The position numbers and the translations under genes are program-made. A stretch of 32,000 bases of DNA from Pirellula sp. SH-Sr6A (GTDB lineage: Bacteria > Planctomycetota > Planctomycetia > Pirellulales > Pirellulaceae), in assembly GCF_001610875.1 (NCBI RefSeq), contig NZ_CP011272.1:817988-849987 (forward strand), written 5' to 3'. Positions 8,304 to 17,494 of this stretch are shown in pieces. The notes below the pieces were generated by a model that worked only from the letters and a program-made list of their open reading frames with translations, had not been told where the DNA came from and made no database searches. Each line of letters opens with the position of its first letter. Within the stretch, counting starts at the first letter, position 1.

Positions 8304-11231
8304 CTAGTTGGTAACCTGAACACGCTTGTTCATCACTCTACCATCCCCAATTTGCTCGCATTGAAGCCAGATAGTACTTCCCAACAGCTCGCTGGCATCT
8401 TCAAAGACAAATGTTCGGCGCGACCTATCCGTTAGGTTGGCGATCTGCGTCCGTTGCCTTGTCCGACCAGGAATCTTGACGTAGCAATCGAAGCTTCCCG
8501 GTTTGCCCCCTCGATTGATGGCTTCGACTTCTACGATGAGTTCTCCATCGGGCCCCACGTTGTAACTGACTTCGAACTCAAATTCATCGCTCCCGATTTG
8601 CAATTCGTCTTCGGCCGTGATGGTAACCGGACCATCAGGTCCTTCAATCGACGCGACGATTTCGATCGGCGCTGGGCCTGTATTGGCATAGGGACTGAGT
8701 CGAACTGGGATTGCCACCTTCTCCATGCCGTTGGCTTCGACTTGAAATCGTTCAACGGATTGGTCGTCGTTCAGTGCGCTGCAGACAGGCAAAAGTGTTC
8801 CAGAAACGGGAAAAGGGAAAGGATTCTCAAAACTGACTTCGATGAATTCCTCCCGGCCCACCACGACATCTAGTTTTTGAGTCACGATAGACATCCCCAT
8901 TCGCCAACGGGCGGCATAGAGGTCAATCCCCTCGATGACGACCGGCCAATCCCGAATCTCAATCGACTGGATTGGACCTAACGACGATCGTTTATTGTCG
9001 ACTGGAACCGTTCGTCCCCACAGATCGCGAGCTCGAATATTTCGCCCCAAGTACAGATTAGCCTGAACATTTTGTGGCCCCCAGATCAATAGACTGGCTT
9101 GGTCGTCTCGCACCAATACAGCGTTTCTTCCCAGCCTGGCGGTCGGAAGGCTTCCCAGGTTTTGGACACTCGCGAGTGTCGAAGCAAGATTGCGAAACGG
9201 TATGAACATTTCCGCCGGACCACCCGCAGAGGAAAGGATGGCGTTGTTCTCGGACGCGGGATCGAACGCCCAGGCGATCACTTGTCCATTCCAAGGGGAC
9301 TCGGTCAGCATCACCATCCGTTCCGTTAAGTCGCGGACACGCGTTTCGAGACCGTACTGCTTCTGTGAAATAGGTGTGACGGACAGCCAAGGGAGAGATG
9401 GCCGCGAGGAATCGCCCTGACGATTGGTTAGCAGTCGTTTCGTTTCGGAACTTGACATCGCGACCGGACTATGAAGCTGCCAGGTATCGATGCTCGGTGC
9501 GTCGTCCACCTCGACAACCGGATTGTGTGCGGCAATCAACTGAACATCTTGCCCAAAGCGCTTTACTGTCTTTTCGATCGCCTCCAGGGAAGGTTTGAAT
9601 CCCGGGCTGTTTGCAAAGTCTGTTTCATCGTCCCATCCCAATTGAAAATGAACCAATCGCGAGCACATCGATTGGATAACGGGGTCCAGATAGGATTGAG
9701 TTAGATGAGGATCCTCTAAGGAGCTCGCCGTGTCGGCCGTTTTTAGTTTGGGAAAGAACGGGATCAACGAAGGTGGTGGGGTTGCGATCACGCCGACGCA
9801 GCGAATGCCTGAACTTTGAAACTGATCGATGCGCGAGGCCAGCTCAGCCCCTGCGTCCACGTCGCGAGGGTCGAACCATATGGGCAGTTTGATCCTTCCG
9901 ACGTGCATTTCACGCAACAATTCCAGCCAGCGCGTTTTGTCCAGCGATCGATCAAAGGGAACCCGATCCTCAGGAATGGACAATCCGATTTGGTTATTGA
10001 TCAACCCTGTATTCGTATCCGTCAACACAACGAAGCGATCGATCAATTCAAAGCGATCCGCCCGGCTTCGTTCCAACTGCGTCCGAACTTCGTAGTATCC
10101 TGGTTCTAGACCTTCCAACTCCCACCTGCATTCACCTTGCCAGCGATCCGCTTTACCTATCCCTCGTGAGGGCGATGAATGAGCCGGGGAGTTATCTAGA
10201 GCGACCAAGTGAGAAGCCATTGCGTTGGAGCCAGTGAGAGGTTCCAACTCCTTCGTGGCACGTCGAGCGATCCGACCGGTATGGTCTTTCAGTTGCAAGT
10301 CGAGCGACGATTGCAACTCGGTCATTCCGGTCGCGGTGCATTGCACGATGACCTTCTCTCCGACTCGAAAAATGCCAGAGGGCTTGTTAACCTGCAATGC
10401 GAGGCGAGGCGATCGTATTAACTCGATTGCATCGATTCCAAATCGCCCTCGAAACGCTTTCGAGTTCAAGGGTGCGACACGAAGCCGAATCTGTGCAAAA
10501 GCCACTCTCGGATCAAACGGATATTGATCGTTCGTCGTGAGGGATTGCCAGTTCTCAACCCCTCGAAGCGAGCGGGTGGAACGCTCGAGTACGACCTTGC
10601 GATCGCGATCTAGCAATGTCAATGTTGCGGAAAGCTCGTAGCCGAGATCTGGATCGTTCGCCATCCCCTGACAATGGATGCCATAGACCGAATCTCGCTC
10701 CACAGGGAGAAGCGGGGAAACGATTTCGGCAGCCCCCCCATCCATTTGGAACTCCAGATAGGGATTCAGCACCGACCGTTCCAACCACTGATCAAACTCT
10801 TTGGGCGTTGATTCCGGTGTGATTTGCCAAGGAAATTTCTTCAGTTTCCACGCCAACGACCACTGCGAAAATGTCCGTCGAAATTGCTCGATCTCCGCGA
10901 GGTCTTCTTTGGACGTGGCACGTCTCGTGATCCCAATCGATAGGTACTTGGGGTATTGCACCCCCGTACGTCTGGTCCAATCATCCGGCCAGCGATCCGC
11001 CTTGGCGTCTTCGTTGGCTCCAAAGTCCCAACGGTGCACCACGTCCAGTTTGCTCTCTGCGGCACGGAGATCGACCGAAGTCCCGACGCATCCGGAAAGG
11101 ACGAAAGCAGTCGCGATCCATCTCAATCGCATCTTGGCACTCTGCCAAGCAGAGACGATACTTGAGCGAAGCTTCGACTGCGATTGCAGCCGAGGTGCGT
11201 CTTTCCTATTTCGCAGGACACGAGGAATCAT
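8304..11231 (-). CDS. Large secreted or lipid-anchored protein of unknown function
   Basis: The ORF is 975 aa. The alternative start at 11132 (MRLRWIATAFVLSGCVGTS) gives a compact signal peptide with a lipobox-like LSGC. The longer start adds a 33 aa basic N-region. There are no catalytic motifs I can name. The segment LVHFQLGWDDETDF inside an alpha/beta-looking region is faintly reminiscent of clan GH-A TIM barrels, which is speculative. Confidence 0.75.
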   Translation of the reverse strand: MIPRVLRNRKDAPRLQSQSKLRSSIVSAWQSAKMRLRWIATAFVLSGCVGTSVDLRAAESKLDVVHRWDFGANEDAKADRWPDDWTRRTGVQYPKYLSIGITRRATSKEDLAEIEQFRRTFSQWSLAWKLKKFPWQITPESTPKEFDQWLERSVLNPYLEFQMDGGAAEIVSPLLPVERDSVYGIHCQGMANDPDLGYELSATLTLLDRDRKVVLERSTRSLRGVENWQSLTTNDQYPFDPRVAFAQIRLRVAPLNSKAFRGRFGIDAIELIRSPRLALQVNKPSGIFRVGEKVIVQCTATGMTELQSSLDLQLKDHTGRIARRATKELEPLTGSNAMASHLVALDNSPAHSSPSRGIGKADRWQGECRWELEGLEPGYYEVRTQLERSRADRFELIDRFVVLTDTNTGLINNQIGLSIPEDRVPFDRSLDKTRWLELLREMHVGRIKLPIWFDPRDVDAGAELASRIDQFQSSGIRCVGVIATPPPSLIPFFPKLKTADTASSLEDPHLTQSYLDPVIQSMCSRLVHFQLGWDDETDFANSPGFKPSLEAIEKTVKRFGQDVQLIAAHNPVVEVDDAPSIDTWQLHSPVAMSSSETKRLLTNRQGDSSRPSLPWLSVTPISQKQYGLETRVRDLTERMVMLTESPWNGQVIAWAFDPASENNAILSSAGGPAEMFIPFRNLASTLASVQNLGSLPTARLGRNAVLVRDDQASLLIWGPQNVQANLYLGRNIRARDLWGRTVPVDNKRSSLGPIQSIEIRDWPVVIEGIDLYAARWRMGMSIVTQKLDVVVGREEFIEVSFENPFPFPVSGTLLPVCSALNDDQSVERFQVEANGMEKVAIPVRLSPYANTGPAPIEIVASIEGPDGPVTITAEDELQIGSDEFEFEVSYNVGPDGELIVEVEAINRGGKPGSFDCYVKIPGRTRQRTQIANLTDRSRRTFVFEDASELLGSTIWLQCEQIGDGRVMNKRVQVTN

Positions 11232-11232
11232 T

Positions 11233-12012
11233 TTGCCAGGACTACGTGTTGGAATTCAACTCTCCGGATTGAAACTACCCTTCAAGCAAGCATTGCACGC
11301 TGCCGCACGAATGGGAGTCGATGGAATTGAAATCGACGCGCGATACGGACTGCGACCTTCCGAAATTGTCGGCACGGCGCTGCGGCAAATTCGGAAATTG
11401 CTTGAAGATCTAAATTTGCGAGTCGCATCGGTTAGGTACGCCACGCGGCGCGGGTACGATTGCGAAGAGGAATTGGAGCGCCGAATCGCGGGGACGAAGG
11501 AAGCCATGCGCATGGCGTACGATCTCGGTGCAAACGTCGTGGTGAACCACTGTGGCAACATTCCGGAGTCGCCCGACGAACTGTCCTATACGGTGCTGCG
11601 AAGTGTCCTCACGGACCTCGGGAATTACAGTCAGCGCGTAGGTGCATTTCTGGCCTGTGAAACAGGATCTGAACCCCTCGATCGCCTCGGTACCTTGATC
11701 GATTCCCTCCCAGAAGGCTCGGTGGGTATTACCTTGACCCCTGGTAATCTTCTCGTCAATGGCTTTGATCTGCAGCCGTTGCCGCAAGTGGCGAAACACG
11801 TGATGCTGGTCCATGCAAAGGACGGGGTCCGAGACCGTTCGCGCGGACGCGGTTCCGAAGTTGAGTTGGGGAGGGGGATGGCAGAATTTCCTGAAATAGC
11901 AGGAACACTCGAGGAGCAACACTTCAATGGGTATTACATTGTAGAGCGGGATAACCCGCGGAACCCAATCGAAGAGATTGCGACCTCCGTTGAGTTTCTA
12001 AAGAATATGTAA
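11233..12012 (+). CDS. Sugar phosphate isomerase/epimerase (xylose-isomerase-like TIM barrel) family protein
   Basis: The C-terminal 259 aa of ORF 10801-12012 carry the family hallmarks: GVDGIEID, LRVASV, AYDLGANVVVNH, ACETGSEP, VHAKD. The upstream 430 nt of that ORF is antisense to the 975 aa gene, so I use the in-frame TTG at 11233, preceded by GAGGA at 11222-11226. The exact start is uncertain. Confidence 0.7.
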   Translation: MPGLRVGIQLSGLKLPFKQALHAAARMGVDGIEIDARYGLRPSEIVGTALRQIRKLLEDLNLRVASVRYATRRGYDCEEELERRIAGTKEAMRMAYDLGANVVVNHCGNIPESPDELSYTVLRSVLTDLGNYSQRVGAFLACETGSEPLDRLGTLIDSLPEGSVGITLTPGNLLVNGFDLQPLPQVAKHVMLVHAKDGVRDRSRGRGSEVELGRGMAEFPEIAGTLEEQHFNGYYIVERDNPRNPIEEIATSVEFLKNM

Positions 12013-12095
12013 CTGGTGAACACTGCGTTCAGACCCCGACGAACTCGCAACCTATGGACGCTCCCCTCTATTCAGACCGTTTAAGGAACTATTCG

Positions 12096-12587
12096 ATGAA
12101 ATCCACGTTTTGGTCTGGTTTGTTGTTGGCAACGTTGTCCGTTTCATCGTTTCTGATCATTCCCCGCGATCCCTCGGCCGCGCAAGAGCGCGCAGCACAA
12201 TCGAAGCCCCCCGTCGCTGAATTCGAAGAATACCTCAGCAATTCAAAACTAACGGGTGTCTTTACAATCGATGGGAAACCCTTGGAAAAACTGGAAACTG
12301 AAACCTACGAGATCAAGTCTGCGAAGAAGCTCGAGGGTTACGATTCACTTTGGGAAATCGTTGCGAGAATCAAATATGGCGACAAGGATATCGAGGTACC
12401 CGTCGAGATCAACGTCGAATGGATCGGCCGGACGCCAGTCATGGTGATGGACTCGATGGCCATCCCAGGACTCGGTACATTCTCCGCTCGCGTTCTCTTT
12501 CACGACAAGAAGTACTCAGGGACATGGAAGCACGATAATCACGGGGGCCATCTTTTTGGCCGCGTCGAAAAAATGAACGCCAAGTAA
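12096..12587 (+). CDS. Small secreted hypothetical protein
   Basis: The ATG at 12096 follows AAGGAA. The signal peptide is MKSTFWSGLLLATLSVSSFLII. There is no recognisable motif. Confidence 0.55.
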   Translation: MKSTFWSGLLLATLSVSSFLIIPRDPSAAQERAAQSKPPVAEFEEYLSNSKLTGVFTIDGKPLEKLETETYEIKSAKKLEGYDSLWEIVARIKYGDKDIEVPVEINVEWIGRTPVMVMDSMAIPGLGTFSARVLFHDKKYSGTWKHDNHGGHLFGRVEKMNAK

Positions 12588-12686
12588 TGCAACTAAATTC
12601 AATCTCGTCCTTCACGATGCCGAAGCGAATTACCTTGTATTAGAAATGTATTGCAAACGTAGGTTTGCCTTTGGAGTGTGAAGTCG

Positions 12687-13463
12687 ATGAAGGTTGTTTT
12701 ATTTTGTGGTGGACTCGGGATGCGTTTACGCGAGTATTCGGAAGCGATCCCCAAACCCTTGGTGCATGTCGGTAATCGCCCAATCCTTTGGCACATTATG
12801 AAGTACTATGCCCACTACGGCCATAAGGACTTCATCCTCTGTCTGGGATGGAAGGGGGAATTGATCAAAGAGTATTTCCTGAAATACAACGAGTGCTTTT
12901 CCAATGACTTCATCATCAGCGGTGGCACTCACTCCATTGAATTGCTATCTCGCGACATCAATGAGTGGCGAATTACCTTTGTCGATACGGGAATCACGTC
13001 GAACATCGGACAACGATTGAAAGCAGTGCAAAGCCATCTAGAGGGAGAACAAACGTTTCTCGCCAACTACACCGATGGGCTCAGCGATGTCCCGCTCCCG
13101 CAATTGATCGATTGCCATCGAGCCAATCATGCAACGGCAACGTTCATGGCCGTTCGACCCGTTCAAACGTTTCATTGTGTCGAGGCAGATGCTTCGGGCG
13201 CTGTGTCGGATATCATTGCCGTCAGCGAATCGAACCTCTTGGCGAACGCAGGCTTCTTTGTCCTGGAGAAAGAGATTTTCGATGTGATCCAAGATGGAGA
13301 GGAGATCATTCCCACCCCGTTCCAACGCTTGATTTCGCAACGAAAGCTCTACTCCATGCACTATCCAGGCTTTTTTGCTTGCATGGATACCTTCAAAGAG
13401 AAACAGATGTTCGATGACTTGCACGCCCGCGGCGAAACTCCTTGGGAAGTCTGGCGACAATAG
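12687..13463 (+). CDS. rfbF: Glucose-1-phosphate cytidylyltransferase
   Basis: MKVVLFCGGLGMRLREYSEAIPKPLVHVGNRPILWHIMKYYAHYGHKDFILCLGWKGELIKEYF matches the RfbF/DdhA N-terminus nearly position for position. The 258 aa length is typical. The ATG at 12687 is 10 nt after TGGAG. The track start at 12678 is a GTG. Confidence 0.85.
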   Translation: MKVVLFCGGLGMRLREYSEAIPKPLVHVGNRPILWHIMKYYAHYGHKDFILCLGWKGELIKEYFLKYNECFSNDFIISGGTHSIELLSRDINEWRITFVDTGITSNIGQRLKAVQSHLEGEQTFLANYTDGLSDVPLPQLIDCHRANHATATFMAVRPVQTFHCVEADASGAVSDIIAVSESNLLANAGFFVLEKEIFDVIQDGEEIIPTPFQRLISQRKLYSMHYPGFFACMDTFKEKQMFDDLHARGETPWEVWRQ

Positions 13464-13533
13464 ATTTTCTTCCTGCGAACGATCCCCGGCCCGATCGCAG
13501 CCGTCCCGCTCTGGAAAACACGACGAGAATGCA

Positions 13534-14172
13534 ATGAAGTGGAATCCCTTACGCTCTGTTCTATGTTTGGGAGCACACGCGGACGACATCGAGATAGGTT
13601 GCGGCGCGACGTTGCTCGAACTCCAACAGTCCCAACCCGATGTCAAAATCGACTGGGTTGTGTTCTCCAGCAATCCAGTTCGAGCCGCCGAGGCCCAATC
13701 CAGCTTCACCGAGTGGGTCGGAGAACGGAACCGAGGCGAGCTGCGCATTTACTCATTCGAGGACACTCTTTTCCCGGTGCAACGACGCGAGCTCAAGGAG
13801 CGTTTTCAAACGATTTCAATGGGGGTTTCGCCCGACCTTATCTTCACACACCGAATCGAAGACGCGCACCAAGATCATCGATTGGTGGCGGAGCTCACAT
13901 GGAATACATTTCGCGACCACTCGATTCTGGAGTACGAGATCGCAAAATACGAAGGAGACCTTGGAAAGCCCAACGTCTATGTCCCCATCTCCGAGCCCAA
14001 TGCCAATCGCAAATTGCAGGGGCTTATGCGGCTCTATCCGTCACAGCACGAAAAGCCATGGTATAGCACCGAAACCTTTCGAGCTCTCATGTCGCTGCGC
14101 GCCATAGAATGTCGTTCCTCAAGTGGCTTTGCAGAGGCGTTCTATGGGAGAAAGATCACTCTCTCCCCCTGA
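13534..14172 (+). CDS. PIG-L/LmbE-family deacetylase
   Basis: The ATG at 13534 lies within ORF 13375-14172. VLCLGAHADDIEIGCG (the AHPDDE-like motif) and HRIEDAHQDHR (the HxDH metal site) are the LmbE-like signatures. Confidence 0.8.
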   Translation: MKWNPLRSVLCLGAHADDIEIGCGATLLELQQSQPDVKIDWVVFSSNPVRAAEAQSSFTEWVGERNRGELRIYSFEDTLFPVQRRELKERFQTISMGVSPDLIFTHRIEDAHQDHRLVAELTWNTFRDHSILEYEIAKYEGDLGKPNVYVPISEPNANRKLQGLMRLYPSQHEKPWYSTETFRALMSLRAIECRSSSGFAEAFYGRKITLSP

Positions 14173-14233
14173 TACCCATCACAAATGCTCGGGCGACCGC
14201 TCAGGCCATCCAGCCACCGCCTCGGGGATCTCT

Positions 14234-15025
14234 CTATTTTCCGAAGCTAAAACCCTTTGAGCCGGTTCTCATCCGTGCGGAACTGCTCGACGACGATGCG
14301 CTAGCGCGAGCTCTCGCACTGGAAACCGCCGATTTGTGATAATCGTTTGGACTCATGGTCGTTCCACGGAAGTCTGGGCGAGCACCCGCGTTGGGACCGC
14401 TGTAGTAACTCGATTGACGATTGAGCATGGACGCAATCAGATAACCCGTTAGGAATCCTCCAGGACGGTAACCGTAGGGACGGTGATGTCCGTTATTGTC
14501 CGAAGCGACCAATCGCTGGTTCTCTGGATCGATCGTGACGGTGAATTCCTTCGTCTCCCCCGCGTCTTGGATGTTGTTAAGATTGAGATCCTTGAATCCG
14601 ATGATCTCGCCCCCTGCAGCCATAGTGACCCCGACCGGAGATGCCATGACCTGCAGTTTATTCAGCTCCGCTGCGTAACGCTTCAAGAACTCTGCTTCCT
14701 TTGCGGGGTCCTGCTGGATGGGAGCAGCGACAGTTCCATGGACAGCATTGTCTGCAGGCGTTGCACTCGCCGCGTCTGTATCACTCGCATTCTCAGCCGA
14801 GACCGCGACATCGATGGCTCCCCCGCTGTTCACCGCATCCGATCCAGTAGGTTGGCTGTTTCCCGCATTTGCCGTCGCGGCGGACGAGGCTGCCGATTCA
14901 TCGAGCACTGTCGCGAGGGCCTGAAGTACTTTATTCAGATCCACTACGTCGACCGTCGTTGTCGACGCACAACCCAATACGAGCGCGGTGGGAACCAGGA
15001 GGAGAAGGGCTTTGATTTTCGACAT
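14234..15025 (-). CDS. Lipoprotein of unknown function
   Basis: MSKIKALLLLVPTALVLGCAS is a signal peptide plus lipobox. An Ala/Ser/Asp-rich linker follows. The C-terminal GGFLTGYLIASML...GSKGFSFGK is weakly reminiscent of YgiB/DUF1190-type lipoproteins, an assignment I hold with low confidence. Confidence 0.65.
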   Translation of the reverse strand: MSKIKALLLLVPTALVLGCASTTTVDVVDLNKVLQALATVLDESAASSAATANAGNSQPTGSDAVNSGGAIDVAVSAENASDTDAASATPADNAVHGTVAAPIQQDPAKEAEFLKRYAAELNKLQVMASPVGVTMAAGGEIIGFKDLNLNNIQDAGETKEFTVTIDPENQRLVASDNNGHHRPYGYRPGGFLTGYLIASMLNRQSSYYSGPNAGARPDFRGTTMSPNDYHKSAVSSARARASASSSSSSARMRTGSKGFSFGK

Positions 15026-15118
15026 AATTCATTGCTCCCATGGTGGAACAAAATAGAGGGCTCTCGGGAAGCTGTGTTGCTCGCCAAATTATAGCAGAGA
15101 GGTAGGCTGCAGGGTGAA

Positions 15119-17476
15119 TTAACTGGCAGACTGCTTCTCCGGGTATTTGATGCGGCCGTGATAAATGGCAGTCAGGCTCTTAGTAAGCGACGTTTTGATC
15201 AGTTCCAGCTCTTTCAGCGTCAACGCGCACTCCTCAAATTGACCGTCGAGCAACTTTTTCATCGCGATCTGCTCAACGAGGTTCTGAAGGCGCGATGGCG
15301 TTGGCTCTACCAACGCGCGCGACGCACTTTCCACCGCGTCCGCCAACATCAGAACCGCAGCTTCACGCGTCTGAGGCTTGGGGCCGGGATAGCGGTAGGT
15401 GTTCTCGGTGACTTCATCGGCGTGCGGATCCTGTTCGCTTTTCTTCGTCGCCATCCGGAAGAAGTACTCGACCAAAGTCGTGCCGTGATGCTGTTCAATG
15501 AAATCGATGATCCGCTTTGGGAGCTTATGCTTCCGTCCCAAGTCGGCACCGTCTTTGACGTGGGCGATGATGATGAGCGTGCTCATCGCGGGCTGCAAGG
15601 TATCGTGGCGGTTTGCACCAGGGGTTTGGTTCTCAACGAAGTAATTCGGCTTGAACATCTTTCCGATGTCATGAAAACAGGCTCCGACACGGACGAGCAA
15701 TCCGTTTGCCCCAATCGCTTCTGCTGCCGACTCGGCCAACGCCGCTACAGAGATGCTGTGGTTGTAGGTTCCGGGCGCTCGCTGAGCCAATTGCCGAAGA
15801 AGCGGATGACTCATATCGCTGAGTTCCAAGAGGCTTAAATCCGTCTGAACATCGAGGAGACGTTCGAAAACCGGAAGCAAACCGGCCATGAGAGGTCCGC
15901 AAGCGAACACGATTACTGCCTGCCATGCAGCTTCGTTGATCAAACGAACAGGAAATAGACTGTTGGTAAAGGTTTGGATGCCGCTCATCGCGGGACCATC
16001 GGTGATCACTCCCCCCGACTGCCCAGTCATGACTCCCAGTCCGAGCACGGTAAAAAAGACAACCGTTGCGACGCCGAGCCCTACATAAATGAGCCGAGTC
16101 CGGTTCCGAATTCGTCCACACAACAAAGTGGCCGCCGCTGCCGCGCTGGAAAGCACGATAAACTCGGACAGATCGACCCGAGAACAAAACGATATCAACA
16201 AAGAGAGCGCCGCCATCAACATCAAAGACGTGGGGCGACCGAATGCAATCGTGGCTACTATGGCGGTGAGTGTGACCGGAGCAACTTCCGCCCGCAATGG
16301 ATCGCTCGCTGCGAGCACCGACAGAATCACACACCCCAAACACACGCCGAGGACTTGTGTGAGTTTGACCGTGTCGGTGATAAGGGTTCGATCCAACGAT
16401 TGATATATGAAAAAACCGACCAACACGTACAACGCGGTAATCAGACCACAAAATGCAGCGAGTCTTTGAAGGCGTAGTTTCCACGTCAGCTTCGAGGTGT
16501 AAGCAGCATGCTCTGCCCGGAGCAGTGCTATTTCCTTTTCGCCAAGCATCTTACCGATCGGGACGATCGATCCGAAGTTCGGATCGTAGGAGACCATCGC
16601 GGGCTTGACCGCTGCAATCGCTTCCTGCCTGGCTTTGTTACTTCGGTCCGTATTGAGCGTCAGTGTTTCTGGCAAATTGAGCGAAAGGTAATTGAAGACC
16701 AATTGGGCCAAGGTCCTCGATTCCTCATTCGGAAAGAGATTGCGAATCTCTCGTATCAACGAGGTTCGCAATGAGTTGTTCAACTCTGCAAGCCTCACAC
16801 GTTGAACTTCTACGTCGATGTGTTGGTTTTCACTGCCGGGCTTGATGACGCGGATGTAGCGTTGATTCCCCAACTCCAAATCATGAGCCAATGTCTTAAG
16901 CGTCCCGGTCTCCAAAATAGGATCGAGAACCTCGCGCATAGCCGAAGTGTACTTGGACCAATCGGACGAGCTAGCGAGCGTTTTGTGGATTGCTTCCAAT
17001 GCCGCTTCGTGCGGGATCTTTTGGGGCAAAGGCTCGCCATCCGACACCCCGAGCACATCGAGCAACGCGATCTGGGGCTTGGTCAGGGAGGTCACATCGG
17101 GAACTTCGTGAAGGGCCTGAAGCGTATCTCGCAGCGCCCCGGCCAGTTGCACAATCGCTTCATTGCGATTCTCGTACACACAATAGACCTCGCGAGCCGC
17201 TTGAGATTTCAGAACCTCCGTTTTGACTTCGTCGACAACTTGAAAGGGAACTCGAGCCAAGATCGATCGCTGCGGCACGAAGCCTTGGCGATAAGCGAAC
17301 GGGGGCTCCCAAGCTCGTACGAAGACGACGATGAAGACCGCAACGGCGACGGCGATACCGAGCTTTCCGAGCGACTCCCAAGTTGCCGCTTTGGCTAACC
17401 AAGCCCTCCAGGGGTAGCGATCGATTCGCAAATTCGCAGCGCGTTCGCTGCGGGTTCTAGCATTCGTGTTGGACAC
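15119..17476 (-). CDS. pgpH: 7TM-receptor HD/HDIG phosphohydrolase (PgpH/YqfF-like)
   Basis: The 785 aa ORF has an extracytoplasmic N-terminal domain after one TM helix. A central multi-TM block follows, then a C-terminal HD domain with HSISVA, CFHDIGK and EQHHGT. It sits immediately downstream of phoH (18-bp gap), as in many bacteria. Confidence 0.85.
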   Translation of the reverse strand: MSNTNARTRSERAANLRIDRYPWRAWLAKAATWESLGKLGIAVAVAVFIVVFVRAWEPPFAYRQGFVPQRSILARVPFQVVDEVKTEVLKSQAAREVYCVYENRNEAIVQLAGALRDTLQALHEVPDVTSLTKPQIALLDVLGVSDGEPLPQKIPHEAALEAIHKTLASSSDWSKYTSAMREVLDPILETGTLKTLAHDLELGNQRYIRVIKPGSENQHIDVEVQRVRLAELNNSLRTSLIREIRNLFPNEESRTLAQLVFNYLSLNLPETLTLNTDRSNKARQEAIAAVKPAMVSYDPNFGSIVPIGKMLGEKEIALLRAEHAAYTSKLTWKLRLQRLAAFCGLITALYVLVGFFIYQSLDRTLITDTVKLTQVLGVCLGCVILSVLAASDPLRAEVAPVTLTAIVATIAFGRPTSLMLMAALSLLISFCSRVDLSEFIVLSSAAAAATLLCGRIRNRTRLIYVGLGVATVVFFTVLGLGVMTGQSGGVITDGPAMSGIQTFTNSLFPVRLINEAAWQAVIVFACGPLMAGLLPVFERLLDVQTDLSLLELSDMSHPLLRQLAQRAPGTYNHSISVAALAESAAEAIGANGLLVRVGACFHDIGKMFKPNYFVENQTPGANRHDTLQPAMSTLIIIAHVKDGADLGRKHKLPKRIIDFIEQHHGTTLVEYFFRMATKKSEQDPHADEVTENTYRYPGPKPQTREAAVLMLADAVESASRALVEPTPSRLQNLVEQIAMKKLLDGQFEECALTLKELELIKTSLTKSLTAIYHGRIKYPEKQSAS

Positions 17477-17494
17477 AGCAGTCAGTCTAAAGGT

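Noticed and set aside
11134-11150. Sigma-54-like TTGGCAC element
   Set aside because: The -12 element is missing: CAAG appears where TTGC is required at the correct spacing, on both strands. The sequence is better described as a simple 7-bp palindrome.
10801-11232. N-terminal 144 aa extension of the sugar-isomerase ORF (403 aa form)
   Set aside because: The extension is fully antisense to the 975 aa gene and has no family similarity. The TIM-barrel homology begins only after about 11233.
12653-12668. Hairpin GCAAAC-GTAG-GTTTGC just upstream of the rfbF ribosome-binding site
   Set aside because: The stem is only 6 bp, there is no U-tract, and no riboswitch-like conserved flanks are visible. 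It is too small to interpret without comparative data.
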